Virus record (IMG/VR): IMGVR_UViG_3300037339_000563
Coordinates: 1 to 55,380 of that record
Length of the DNA: 55,380 nucleotides
Reading direction: 5' to 3' (one strand)
Source of the DNA: a virus
Lineage: Duplodnaviria > Caudoviricetes
Part shown: piece after piece, positions 28,991 through 37,228 of the stretch
Position numbering within the stretch: position 1 is the first letter of the stretch
Layout: the number at the start of each line of letters is the position of its first letter
Translations under genes and position numbers: made by a program
The notes under the pieces: model-generated
The model's input: only the letters and a program-made list of their open reading frames with translations
What the model was told of the DNA's origin: nothing
The model's database searches: none

Positions 28991-29650
28991 TCAGATAGAA
29001 GGCTTCCTATCTCTCTTGGCAAGATACCTCTGGAGATCCACGACCCGCTTAAGTCGCCACACCTTCACGGCTCCCCAGCCGGTGTGTCCCATGCCCTTGC
29101 TGACGGCCGGACTCATATCCAGGATGCCACGCCACCTACCAGTGCATCCGCCATCCGGGCACAGATCGTCAGGCGGAAGATCTGTCTCGCGAATCTTGAT
29201 GTACCAAGCGGCCTTCTTGGGAGAGATCATCACCTTGGAGCCGTCACTCGCGAAAACGCTTGCGCCGAACGGGCCGCGATCTCTGACCACACACCAGTTG
29301 CGCTGTCTGGTCTTCTGGTCTTCGACGATCAGGATGGTTCCACACGGGTACCATCGATGGGCGCAGGTATGTTCGGTCGCGTTGATCTTGTTGTGCGGGG
29401 CGCAGGCCGTGCCCCGCTGAGCGTAGATGTCGCCCGGCTCCCCATATCTGGTGGCAATGCCTTGCTCGTCTGTTGCTCCAGGAAGCCTGACGCTGGAGTC
29501 CAGGGCGACCACACTGGCATAGGAAACGGTATCTTCTGGAACTGGAGCCGGAACCGGGACTTCTGCGCCAGCCTTAGAGTATTGATACGTCCACAGAACG
29601 GGAGCGATTAGGAGAAAGATCTTCAGCACGAACATAAGTCCTCTTGTCAT
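28991..29650 (-). CDS. RlpA-like double-psi beta-barrel lytic transglycosylase
   Basis: N-terminal hydrophobic segment; ATRYG, CAHR, VVRDRGPF, ILDMS. Confidence 0.8.
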   Translation of the reverse strand: MTRGLMFVLKIFLLIAPVLWTYQYSKAGAEVPVPAPVPEDTVSYASVVALDSSVRLPGATDEQGIATRYGEPGDIYAQRGTACAPHNKINATEHTCAHRWYPCGTILIVEDQKTRQRNWCVVRDRGPFGASVFASDGSKVMISPKKAAWYIKIRETDLPPDDLCPDGGCTGRWRGILDMSPAVSKGMGHTGWGAVKVWRLKRVVDLQRYLAKRDRKPSI

Positions 29651-29935
29651 CTATGGACGTCTGAGCGTTCTTCTGTCTCCGAGAACCCACTCCAGGGCAG
29701 TCATAAGTCCCTTTTCAAATTCAGACGTTCCGTTTTCTTTGGAAAGACGCATGGCCTCGTACCGAACCTCCGCCGTTGAGGGTCGAGTCACTCTGCCATT
29801 AGACTCTCTAGCCATTTGGCGCGCTTCCAGATCGGTGGGTGCCTCAGACCGCCCTTCTACATCATTTTGAATAGAATTGTCGGCCGTCTTTGTAAGCACT
29901 GCAGTCTTTTCAGACTTCTTATTGATAGTAGGCAT
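29651..29935 (-). CDS. hypothetical protein
   Basis: GGAG RBS; 94 aa. Confidence 0.6.
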   Translation of the reverse strand: MPTINKKSEKTAVLTKTADNSIQNDVEGRSEAPTDLEARQMARESNGRVTRPSTAEVRYEAMRLSKENGTSEFEKGLMTALEWVLGDRRTLRRP

Positions 29936-29952
29936 TTACATCTCCGAGGATT

Positions 29953-30195
29953 CTATTCGTCTTCATATCCGCGCCGCTCCCTCATCACCTTCTTGACCAA
30001 GTCGCAGTAGTCGAAGAACTTGCACTCGTGACACGAATTGACGCCCTTTATCTCCCGGCATTTCGTGACCTGGAGCTGCCTTACTCTTCTCTCGAAGATA
30101 TCGGTTCCGGCCTCGTACCCCTCAAGAACAGCCAGCCTCTTGAGCCCACCGATGACCGTGTTGTCCTCGTCGTCATCTGGCGGCATTTTTGGCAC
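29953..30195 (-). CDS. small Cys-rich protein
   Basis: C..SCHECKFFDYC. Confidence 0.55.
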   Translation of the reverse strand: MPKMPPDDDEDNTVIGGLKRLAVLEGYEAGTDIFERRVRQLQVTKCREIKGVNSCHECKFFDYCDLVKKVMRERRGYEDE

Positions 30196-30463
30196 TCAGC
30201 TCTGCAAATACATCGTCTGGCGACTCAAGGGAACGCACAAAACATCCAAGGTGCATCACTCCCCAGACCGACTCAGCCTTGAATTTTTCTATCTTGGTCC
30301 TCGGTCGTCCGGGTTTCCTCTTTCCGTCAACGACCTGGCTCTGCAGAAACTTGCCGACGCGAACCTCAACGGCGCGGTCCCCCGGATAGCGAGACGACCT
30401 ATACTTGCCTATTGGGCGTCCGCATCCGGCGCAGACGATATCTTCTGGAGCAATCTTAGGCAC
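30173..30463 (-). CDS. hypothetical protein
   Basis: GTG start overlapping upstream stop; CAGC...HLGC. Confidence 0.55.
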   Translation of the reverse strand: MPKIAPEDIVCAGCGRPIGKYRSSRYPGDRAVEVRVGKFLQSQVVDGKRKPGRPRTKIEKFKAESVWGVMHLGCFVRSLESPDDVFAELSAKNAAR

Positions 30464-31793
30464 TCCCAGACCCTTCCGTGAGCAACGCCGCCACGCCGTT
30501 AGCGTAGATCGTGTGCATTTGCTCGACATGATCATGTGTAGCATCGGCGCCGACTTCGTGGGCTACCTCCTCTACCATCGTCTTCAGGGCCTCCTCGAAG
30601 GACCCCAAGGTGTTGCGGCTGATGTAGATCTTATTGTCTTTGCGCATGCCCATCACCGACGGGCTGTTGAACTCGACGATCGTGATGTCCTTGGCTAACT
30701 CCATGCCGGAGCGCTTGACAGCCTTAGATACGAATTCCATCGCCATCAAGAAGTTCTTCGTCTCCTTAGGGTCTAGGCTGACGGTCGTATGTTCCTGCTT
30801 GATCTCCTCGCCAAGCTCACGCTTGACCTGCTCGATCGTCCCGACCTCGCGCTCTAAGATGGCCCGCAGCGGCTCTGCGTCGACAACGGCGGCGTGGCGA
30901 CCGTAGAATTCGATCTCGCGCGCCTCGCTGGCGGTACGGACGGGAATGGCCTTCTCGCCGAACTTATCCTTGAAGCGGTCCGCAACCTGCTTCCGGGTGT
31001 TCATGCCAACGCACCAGTCGTAGCGGAAGTGCTCCACGTCGGGCGCGTCGTCGGCCAACATGGCGTCGACCTTCTCGCAGTACTCGCGCGTGGAGCGCAT
31101 GTAGAGCGCCTCCCAAATCTTCGCCGATAGCGTATGAGCTTCCCAGTGCTCCATCAGGCGCCGGTCGCGATCGAGCTTGGCGTCATTAGGGCGGAAGTTG
31201 TATCCGTGGCGGAATTTGTTAATGCGACACACCTCGATGCCGTCGACGAAGATATGGCCAACCCCGTCCAGAATCACAGAGCCCACCGGAGACTCGATGA
31301 CCGTCTGGCCATCCGCGTCGATGAAGAGGAACTTGCGCTTGATCGAATCCCACTCCCCCTGGTCGACCCCAGTGATGTCGACGACGATTTCGTTGATGTT
31401 CTTGCGACCCTTGTCGATGTCGAACACCAGAATGCGAGCGTCGAACTGCTTCGAATGCTCGATGGCGGGAATCCAAACCTCTTCGCCGGTCCGAATCTTG
31501 ACGCCCTTGCCGAGACGGCAGAGAACCAGTGAGCCAATCTTGTAGCCCTCGCCCTGCTGGCCCAGCATATCGTTGCGTCCACGCTTCGACGTCTCACCAA
31601 GGAGCAGCGTCTTGTGCTCTAGCGTCGCGCCAATCGTCTTGACGCGAATCGTGTTGGCATCGGCCAGATAGACCGCGTCGAATGTGCAGCCGACTCTGGT
31701 GGCATCCTGGCCGTTCTGCATGAACTCACGAACGCCCTCGAACAGGCCCCAGGTCGGGCAGTAATCTTCTTTGATGGTCAGCGGAATCTTCAA
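30456..31793 (-). CDS. GHKL-type ATPase domain protein
   Basis: VREFMQNGQD, LLLGETSK, GQQGEGYKIG; TTG start after GGAGG. Confidence 0.8.
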   Translation of the reverse strand: MKIPLTIKEDYCPTWGLFEGVREFMQNGQDATRVGCTFDAVYLADANTIRVKTIGATLEHKTLLLGETSKRGRNDMLGQQGEGYKIGSLVLCRLGKGVKIRTGEEVWIPAIEHSKQFDARILVFDIDKGRKNINEIVVDITGVDQGEWDSIKRKFLFIDADGQTVIESPVGSVILDGVGHIFVDGIEVCRINKFRHGYNFRPNDAKLDRDRRLMEHWEAHTLSAKIWEALYMRSTREYCEKVDAMLADDAPDVEHFRYDWCVGMNTRKQVADRFKDKFGEKAIPVRTASEAREIEFYGRHAAVVDAEPLRAILEREVGTIEQVKRELGEEIKQEHTTVSLDPKETKNFLMAMEFVSKAVKRSGMELAKDITIVEFNSPSVMGMRKDNKIYISRNTLGSFEEALKTMVEEVAHEVGADATHDHVEQMHTIYANGVAALLTEGSGSA

Positions 31794-31802
31794 GCGGCCT
31801 CC

Positions 31803-31831
31803 GGTATATAGGTCAACCCATTGATTGTCAA
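31803..31831 (-). promoter_or_regulatory. sigma70-like promoter
   Basis: TTGACA-17-TATACC. Confidence 0.6.
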
Positions 31832-31889
31832 AGTAAAGGGGATGGCACACCTGTGCCATCCCCTGGGTTGCTGGTCGCGATCGGCGTTT

Positions 31890-32099
31890 CTATGGATTGT
31901 CCTCATGCGTATTCTCGATGAAAGCGACCGCAGCCGCGCGTAAGGCCTTCCTGGCCCCGTCACGGAACCTATCCCGCATCACCGGAATCGCATCTTCCCA
32001 GGACCTCCCAGGGAACTGCCATGTCATCCAGGCTTTCGCGGCGGCCTCTACCTGTCTGTCCGTGGGTTCCGGAATGCCCATAGTTGGGTCACGCAACAT
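31890..32099 (-). CDS. hypothetical protein
   Basis: 69-aa ORF. Confidence 0.5.
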   Translation of the reverse strand: MLRDPTMGIPEPTDRQVEAAAKAWMTWQFPGRSWEDAIPVMRDRFRDGARKALRAAAVAFIENTHEDNP

Positions 32100-32155
32100 G
32101 ACGATACTGATGCCTGGAGGACGGCCAATTGTCCAGGCTCCTTAACTACGTACAG

Positions 32156-32605
32156 CTACTCGTCATCCGCCCCAGACGGAGAGGTGCCAGACTCCTTCTC
32201 GCTGTTATGGGCCTCGTCCAGAAGACGGTTGATCAGCTCGTTGCGAGCAGTCAGGTCCATTCCACGGGGGAAGAGCATGACGTCTTCGAGTTCCTCTTCA
32301 CCCTCGCGTACGACATCGCCGATGGTAATCGTGTAAACCTTCTTCATGTTGTACGGGATAGCCGACAGCTCACCGTGCTCCATGCAGTGGAACGACTCGA
32401 CGCCCTCGGCATTCGCATGACAGAGAGTAGAGTGCTCAGGGCCTTCCTTCTCGACGCAGAGCACGCAGCCGACCTTCTCCTTGCGCCACAGCTTGCCCTC
32501 CCAGAGGTGGACGGCATTGGAATCTAGCTTCCAGTTCTTCGACGGGATTCCGTCTAGCTCGATGATCTTGGTTGGTCCGGTCATTTTGAGAACTGCGTTA
32601 GCCAT
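32156..32605 (-). CDS. hypothetical protein
   Basis: 149-aa ORF with own promoter. Confidence 0.7.
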   Translation of the reverse strand: MANAVLKMTGPTKIIELDGIPSKNWKLDSNAVHLWEGKLWRKEKVGCVLCVEKEGPEHSTLCHANAEGVESFHCMEHGELSAIPYNMKKVYTITIGDVVREGEEELEDVMLFPRGMDLTARNELINRLLDEAHNSEKESGTSPSGADDE

Positions 32606-32611
32606 GACCTA

Positions 32612-32640
32612 AGACTAATAGGCCATGGATGCATTGTCAA
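32612..32640 (-). promoter_or_regulatory. sigma70-like promoter, leaderless transcript
   Basis: TTGACA-17-TAGTCT-6-ATG. Confidence 0.75.
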
Positions 32641-32665
32641 GGTATGCGCCTGCCGACGGACTGAT

Positions 32666-32989
32666 TTAGTCCGAACCGCTAAACGGTGCTCCGTTCAGCT
32701 CAGCCTTGAGGCAGTCGCTGACTTTGAATTTGATAACGCACCGATCGGATATAGTTAACTCCGCCCCGGTCTGTGGATTTCTCCCCTTCCGTGCCTTCTT
32801 TTCGCTGGTCGAGAACTTCCCGAACCCGGAAATCTTGACCTCCTCCTTCTTTACTAGGGAATCCTTGATGCCGAGGATGATGCTCTCGACGATATCGTTG
32901 GCCTTCTTGGTCGATGCCGAAGGAATAACCTCGCCAATCCTGTCGGCGAGCACGGCCTTCGTTACGCTGTCGGTTTTTTCTTCTTCCAT
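32666..32989 (-). CDS. ihfA: integration host factor alpha-like
   Basis: TKAVLAD, VKISGFGKF, GRNPQTG. Confidence 0.85.
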   Translation of the reverse strand: MEEEKTDSVTKAVLADRIGEVIPSASTKKANDIVESIILGIKDSLVKKEEVKISGFGKFSTSEKKARKGRNPQTGAELTISDRCVIKFKVSDCLKAELNGAPFSGSD

Positions 32990-33000
32990 TGAAATTCTCC

Positions 33001-33276
33001 TTATCCGTTAACTGCTTCGCGCAGTTCTTTGCCGACCTTGAAGAACGGCAGCTTCTTGGGTGCAACGTTGACCGTTTCTCCGGTACGTGGATTCCTGCCC
33101 ATGTACCCATCGTACTCCCTGACCGAGAACGATCCGAACCCGCGAAGTTCAACACGCCGATTCTCTTTCAGAGCAGACGTCATCGTGTCGAAGAAGGCGT
33201 TCACCGCTTCTTCTGCCTCCGGGTATGAAATCTCAGTCTTCACGGAAACCCATCGTATCAAGTCAGATTTAGTCAT
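33001..33276 (-). CDS. ihfB: integration host factor beta-like
   Basis: MTKSDLI, VELRGFGSF, GRNPRTG, PFFKVGKELRE. Confidence 0.9.
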   Translation of the reverse strand: MTKSDLIRWVSVKTEISYPEAEEAVNAFFDTMTSALKENRRVELRGFGSFSVREYDGYMGRNPRTGETVNVAPKKLPFFKVGKELREAVNG

Positions 33277-33289
33277 CGCTGTCCTCTCA

Positions 33290-33910
33290 TCAGATAAAGC
33301 TCATTTGGCCATTATTCACGAAGCTCAATACATTATCAGGGAGTGCCTTGACCGCCCTGGCGCCATCCCTGGCGACCGATCCGGACCGGTGTACATCCTT
33401 AAATTTTACGTTCTCGATCGCCAACTCACCGCTGACCTCTACGATCTCACCGTCGAGAACATATATTGTACATGGTGACGCCGGCTTCTCTCCTGAGACA
33501 AAACCAAGCCCCGCTGCCGAAACGTAATGCGTAAGCCGCGCCCCGTCCATGAACGAGCTTAGGAGGCCAAGCGTCATCGCACGATGGACGACAACTGCAT
33601 CAACCTCGACGCATCGCTCGTGCTCAACGGTCGACAACCCCGACTTCGGGTGGTCCTCATTTACCAAAACGACAGTCTTCGAGACCTTCATTTTCTGAGC
33701 GACCCTGATCAAAGCGTCGACGATCTTCTCATCGAGAGTAAACGATGACTCCTTGGCGAGCTTCCGATGACACGCTGGGCACTCGCGGAGATGCCTGCGA
33801 GCTTCGCGATCCATAGATACAACGCGGACAGACGGGCGCTTCGAAAGCGCCTCCACAATGCCGTCGTATTTGTCGACATCAACATCAAGTATCAGGGTGC
33901 GGCTGGACAT
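33290..33910 (-). CDS. hypothetical protein
   Basis: 206-aa ORF, CPAC motif. Confidence 0.65.
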   Translation of the reverse strand: MSSRTLILDVDVDKYDGIVEALSKRPSVRVVSMDREARRHLRECPACHRKLAKESSFTLDEKIVDALIRVAQKMKVSKTVVLVNEDHPKSGLSTVEHERCVEVDAVVVHRAMTLGLLSSFMDGARLTHYVSAAGLGFVSGEKPASPCTIYVLDGEIVEVSGELAIENVKFKDVHRSGSVARDGARAVKALPDNVLSFVNNGQMSFI

Positions 33911-34182
33911 CAGTTCCGCGCACTACGCCGGCTGGGGGGCTCGTCGTCATCATCCTGGATGACCGGAGATGGCTTCGGCGTGGCAGACTGCTCGGCTCCC
34001 GTCAGGATTTTCCTAAGTTCTATCGTGCCCGGAATGTTTGATACGCCGGTTAAGATCAGCATCAGGAGGACGAAGATCATCCCAGCGCCGACGTACCGAG
34101 TCCACACGGGACCCTCTCCGGATAGGCCGATCGTCGAAACGACCAACAGCCCAGCCATGGCCAGTGTCAGGAGCGCCTTCAT
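33910..34182 (-). CDS. small membrane protein
   Basis: two hydrophobic segments; TAGACA-17-TAGGTT-7-ATG. Confidence 0.65.
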   Translation of the reverse strand: MKALLTLAMAGLLVVSTIGLSGEGPVWTRYVGAGMIFVLLMLILTGVSNIPGTIELRKILTGAEQSATPKPSPVIQDDDDEPPSRRSARN

Positions 34183-34234
34183 TGCGCCCAACCTATCTAG
34201 GCAAGATCCAATTGTCTACAGACATTGTCGAAAA

Positions 34235-34273
34235 CAAAAAAGGCCAGCAAGCCTATCTCAAGGCTTACTGGCC
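34235..34273 (-). terminator. intrinsic terminator
   Basis: 13-bp stem GGCCAGTAAGCCT/AGGCTTGCTGGCC followed by T-run on minus strand. Confidence 0.7.
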
Positions 34274-34293
34274 GGATCGCGCCGATCGGATGT

Positions 34294-34623
34294 CTATCCA
34301 GCCCGGAGGGCCAGCGACTTCATCTGAACGGTGAACGCCGGGAATGGCATGTTGGCGATGTACTGGCCGATCTTCGCGCAGCGCTCGCAGGACAAGATGT
34401 GGTCCTCGTCGAACCTGCTCATCTTGTTCTGGTCAGCGATGACGATGATGGCGGCGTCCTCGACGCAGAATGGCGTCCTTGGCAGGCTGGAAAGCGCGCG
34501 GATGTTCTTGATCTCCTCCGCACAGCCGCAGCCCTCCTTGATGCACTTCTCCACCCAGAAGACCTCGTCTTCCGAAGCGACTCGAAGGGCAACCTTCGCG
34601 ATGAGAACTCTTGTGTACTTCAT
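34294..34623 (-). CDS. hypothetical Cys-rich protein
   Basis: GGAGG RBS, strong codon bias. Confidence 0.7.
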   Translation of the reverse strand: MKYTRVLIAKVALRVASEDEVFWVEKCIKEGCGCAEEIKNIRALSSLPRTPFCVEDAAIIVIADQNKMSRFDEDHILSCERCAKIGQYIANMPFPAFTVQMKSLALRAG

Positions 34624-34792
34624 GGGGCCTCCCTCTTGGGATGACCTTGATTATGCGTACAATGCAGAGTAAAGCAAGTGTTGTCAGTAATGTAACGGTC
34701 CGTTCACCTATTAACGACGTGTAAGACACCGCTCTCTACGGATCAGTGCCGAATTAGAATTCAGACACTTACAGCTGGACATCACCTCAGCC

Positions 34793-34821
34793 TTGACTAT
34801 TTGCAGATTTTTGCGTAGAGT
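34793..34821 (+). promoter_or_regulatory. sigma70-like promoter heading the tRNA array
   Basis: TTGACT-17-TAGAGT, 6 nt before tRNA-fMet. Confidence 0.7.
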
Positions 34822-34827
34822 CTTGTC

Positions 34828-34901
34828 TGCGGAATAGAGCAGCCTGGTAGCTCGCAAGGCTCATAACCTTGAGGTCGTAGGTTCAAATCCTTCTTCCGCT
34901 A
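34828..34901 (+). tRNA. tRNA-fMet(CAT)
   Basis: cloverleaf, CAAGG-CTCATAA-CCTTG, unpaired 1:72. Confidence 0.9.
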
Positions 34902-34946
34902 CTAATCGAAGCGACAGTCAGAAACATCCAAGCAAAACGAACGGTC

Positions 34947-35117
34947 ATGTCTTCTTCATCCACCAAAACAACGCAAACCTGCCTCGGTACGAGCAATCGC
35001 TCGTGGCGTCGTGGGTTTATTGCGTTGTGCGTGGAGACCGTCGGCAGCCTGGAAACCACCCCGCGCAGCTATCACCTCCAGGCCAAGGCGAATGATCCCA
35101 GGGGGCTTCTGACATAG
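34947..35117 (+). CDS. putative attenuator leader peptide (56 aa)
   Basis: MSSSSTKTTQTCLGTSNRSWRRGFIALCVETVGSLETTPRSYHLQAKANDPRGLLT; last codons overlap the antiterminator strand; weak RBS. Confidence 0.6.
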   Translation: MSSSSTKTTQTCLGTSNRSWRRGFIALCVETVGSLETTPRSYHLQAKANDPRGLLT

Positions 35118-35180
35118 GTAGACCGAAATACCTAGACCAGAAGCCTCCAAGGAAAAACCCTTGGAGGCTTTCTTCGTTTC
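35101..35180 (+). promoter_or_regulatory. attenuator: antiterminator / intrinsic terminator
   Basis: terminator AAGCCTCCAAGG/CCTTGGAGGCTT + TCTTCGTTTC; GGGGGCTTCTG (35101-11) pairs with CAGAAGCCTCC (35138-48). Confidence 0.72.
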
Positions 35181-35181
35181 T

Positions 35182-35264
35182 GGGAGTGCGGCAACTGGCG
35201 ACGCAAGCTGGCTGTAAACCAGTCGTGTGATGAGCACTTGGAGATTCGACTTCTCCCACTCCCA
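35182..35264 (+). tRNA. tRNA-Tyr(GTA)
   Basis: GCTGG-CTGTAAA-CCAGT, long variable arm. Confidence 0.85.
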
Positions 35265-35331
35265 CTGAAAGTTTTTGCAAAGGACGAAATGACCCGAATC
35301 GCTCAAAAACAGACGCTACTTCCTCCATTTT

Positions 35332-35402
35332 GGGGTTGTAGCTCAATGGCAGAGCATCCGGTTTTTACCCGGTCGACCAGAGTTCGATTCTCTGCAGCCC
35401 TA
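35332..35402 (+). tRNA. tRNA-Lys(TTT)
   Basis: CCGG-TTTTTAC-CCGG. Confidence 0.85.
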
Positions 35403-35423
35403 CGGATACATCAGTGATTTCAT

Positions 35424-35498
35424 TCGGGATTCGTCCAATTGGCAGGACACCAGATTCTGAATCTGTGAACGGAGGTTCGACCCCTCCATCCCGAACCA
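35424..35498 (+). tRNA. tRNA-Gln(CTG)
   Basis: CAGA-TTCTGAA-TCTG, CCA encoded. Confidence 0.9.
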
Positions 35499-35627
35499 AG
35501 CCAAGGCTAAGCGCGACCGGGCATAACTTCCTCTGGAACCCCGGACAACCTTAACCGAAGCCTATGCGACCGACTCCTGATAACCGAATAGTTTTTATAG
35601 ACGCGGGGGCACGCCATGCCCCCATTT

Positions 35628-35700
35628 GCCTCGACAGCTTGCGTGGTGCAAGCGCGGGATTGAAGATCCTGAGATAGTCGTTCGACTCGACTTCGAGGCA
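35628..35700 (+). tRNA. tRNA-Phe(GAA)
   Basis: CGGGA-TTGAAGA-TCCTG. Confidence 0.8.
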
Positions 35701-35760
35701 CCCGTTCGTTTGCCGCGATAGGCATGGCTCATCAGCATGAGAAGTACCTGATGAATTTAT

Positions 35761-35826
35761 GGGACCTATTCGTCCTCAATCATCTTGTCCGGTAACGGAC
35801 CGAAGATGACGGTTATCGTCCCGCCA
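35761..35826 (+). ncRNA. permuted Y-RNA-like module closed by a mini acceptor stem ending CCA
   Basis: GGGAC...TTGTCCG-GTAA-CGGACCGA...GGTTATC-GTCCC-GCCA. Confidence 0.5.
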
Positions 35827-35827
35827 A

Positions 35828-35900
35828 GCCTCCATAGCTCAATGGATAGAGCACTCGGTTCTTACCCGATTTGTTGAAGGTTCGAGTCCTTCTGGGGGCA
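35828..35900 (+). tRNA. tRNA-Lys(CTT)
   Basis: TCGG-TTCTTAC-CCGA. Confidence 0.88.
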
Positions 35901-35935
35901 CTGCAAGTTTCTTCGATTTGTGGCATAACAGGCCA

Positions 35936-36352
35936 ATGTTCAAGGCGATCATCGTCGAATGCCGGTCACTGTGCGAGGCCGCGACGAAGGAACAAAAGAG
36001 AGCTGGACTGGAAGCGTCTTGGAAGCGCGAGAAGGCCAGCAGCACCCCAGAGCGCCTTGCCAAGGTCGGGGACAATCCAGACATAACGACGAAGCGACGG
36101 CTGACTCGACCCATGCCCGATATCACAGATATGAGGGCAAGCCTCAAGAAGAGGATCGACAAAGATCCCCAGGGTACCCATGACAGAGAGGGCTACAAGT
36201 ACCCAGCAGAGCAGAACAGGATCCACAAGTTGCCGTACGCGCAGAAGCGGTTGAGTGACTTTGAGCCACCGAGCAAGCTCCCTGCGGCAACTGCGCTTTC
36301 CAAGAAGAAGCCAGGCCTGATGTCTCGGCTGGCCAGCGTCTTCAAGAAGTAA
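35936..36352 (+). CDS. basic hypothetical protein, possible internal head protein
   Basis: MFKAIIVECR N-terminal motif shared with three other ORFs. Confidence 0.65.
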   Translation: MFKAIIVECRSLCEAATKEQKRAGLEASWKREKASSTPERLAKVGDNPDITTKRRLTRPMPDITDMRASLKKRIDKDPQGTHDREGYKYPAEQNRIHKLPYAQKRLSDFEPPSKLPAATALSKKKPGLMSRLASVFKK

Positions 36353-36436
36353 CCAAAGCTTAGGGTCTGCGCTTCATAAAACCTCGGTGGCAGCACCGAA
36401 GCCTTCAACGGTTTCCCGCAAGGGTTGAGGCGGCAT

Positions 36437-36520
36437 GGAAGACTAACTGCGGATGGCCGCAGCGCCCGTTCGAAGCGGGATGGGACCGAAAGGTCTGGGG
36501 ATCGAGACCTCAGTCTTCCG
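36437..36520 (+). tRNA. tRNA-Ser(CGA), Sec-like long D-stem
   Basis: CCCG-TTCGAAG-CGGG, variable arm, T-loop ATCGAGA. Confidence 0.78.
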
Positions 36521-36591
36521 CGATTTGGTCTTGCTGCACATTGTGTCGACGTGCGATGGCAGATTGGAAAAAAGAGCGCAGAAAACAACTT

Positions 36592-36663
36592 GGTTCATGA
36601 TGCGATAGGTATCGCAGCCTGTCTGTCTAACAGGTGAAAGGGGATCGTTACCCCTATGAACCG
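36592..36663 (+). tRNA. tRNA-Asp(GTC), atypical
   Basis: CCTGT-CTGTCTA-ACAGG, G73, T-loop ATCGTTA. Confidence 0.72.
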
Positions 36664-36667
36664 CTCT

Positions 36668-36738
36668 GGGCGTCTAGTACAACGGGAATACATTCGGCTG
36701 GCAGCCGAATGATCAGGGTTCAACTCCCTGGATGTCCA
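36668..36738 (+). tRNA. tRNA-Ala(GGC)
   Basis: TTCGG-CTGGCAG-CCGAA, G3:U70. Confidence 0.88.
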
Positions 36739-36743
36739 CAAAC

Positions 36744-36812
36744 GGGGAAGCCATCGGGATGGAACACTGCCTTGCACGCAGAGCCTCGTGGGTTCAACTC
36801 CCATCTTCTCCA
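36744..36812 (+). tRNA. tRNA-Ala(TGC), short D-arm
   Basis: CTGC-CTTGCAC-GCAG, G3:U70. Confidence 0.75.
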
Positions 36813-36817
36813 CAAAC

Positions 36818-36888
36818 GGGTCCATCGTATAACGGGCGTATATTCGGATCGCACCCGAAAGATCGGAGTTCAAATCTCCGTGGATCCA
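36818..36888 (+). tRNA. tRNA-Ala(CGC)
   Basis: TTCGG-ATCGCAC-CCGAA, G3:U70. Confidence 0.82.
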
Positions 36889-36937
36889 CAAATGGAAAGC
36901 AAAACGGCTAGGGCGCGAGTCCCGTTAAGACCGCCTT

Positions 36938-37006
36938 GGGCTGGCCTGAAGGCAGGAGCACTCCCTTGCAAGGAGAGCCATTGGGGAGCGTTACCCCTCC
37001 GGTCCA
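36938..37006 (+). tRNA. tRNA-Ala(TGC), atypical D/T loops
   Basis: CTCC-CTTGCAA-GGAG, G3:U70, T-loop AGCGTTA. Confidence 0.65.
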
Positions 37007-37102
37007 CGAACTGATCCGCCAATCCCGTTCCTAGGCATTCTAGAACGCCTAAGCAGGGCACCACTCATCCAACTCTGAATTGGACGTGGGAGGATCAAAC
37101 AC

Positions 37103-37188
37103 GGAAAGTGGTCTAGCTGTGGAGCTAGCGCGGTTTGCTAAACCGATGGAACCCTAACGGGTTTGAGGTTCGACCCCTCCTCTTTCCG
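37103..37188 (+). tRNA. tRNA-Ser(GCT)
   Basis: CGGT-TTGCTAA-ACCG, variable arm. Confidence 0.85.
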
Positions 37189-37228
37189 CCCAGATGCGCG
37201 ATTGATCTGACTGTGCGATCATTCGCCC

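Noticed and set aside
1010-34327. Long plus-strand ORFs in the left arm (e.g. 1010-1885, 20988-21893, 28832-29611)
   Set aside because: Antisense shadows of well-supported minus-strand genes.
36437-36520. tRNA-Sec
   Set aside because: Sec-like D-arm, but the anticodon is CGA, not TCA; no sel genes in the window.
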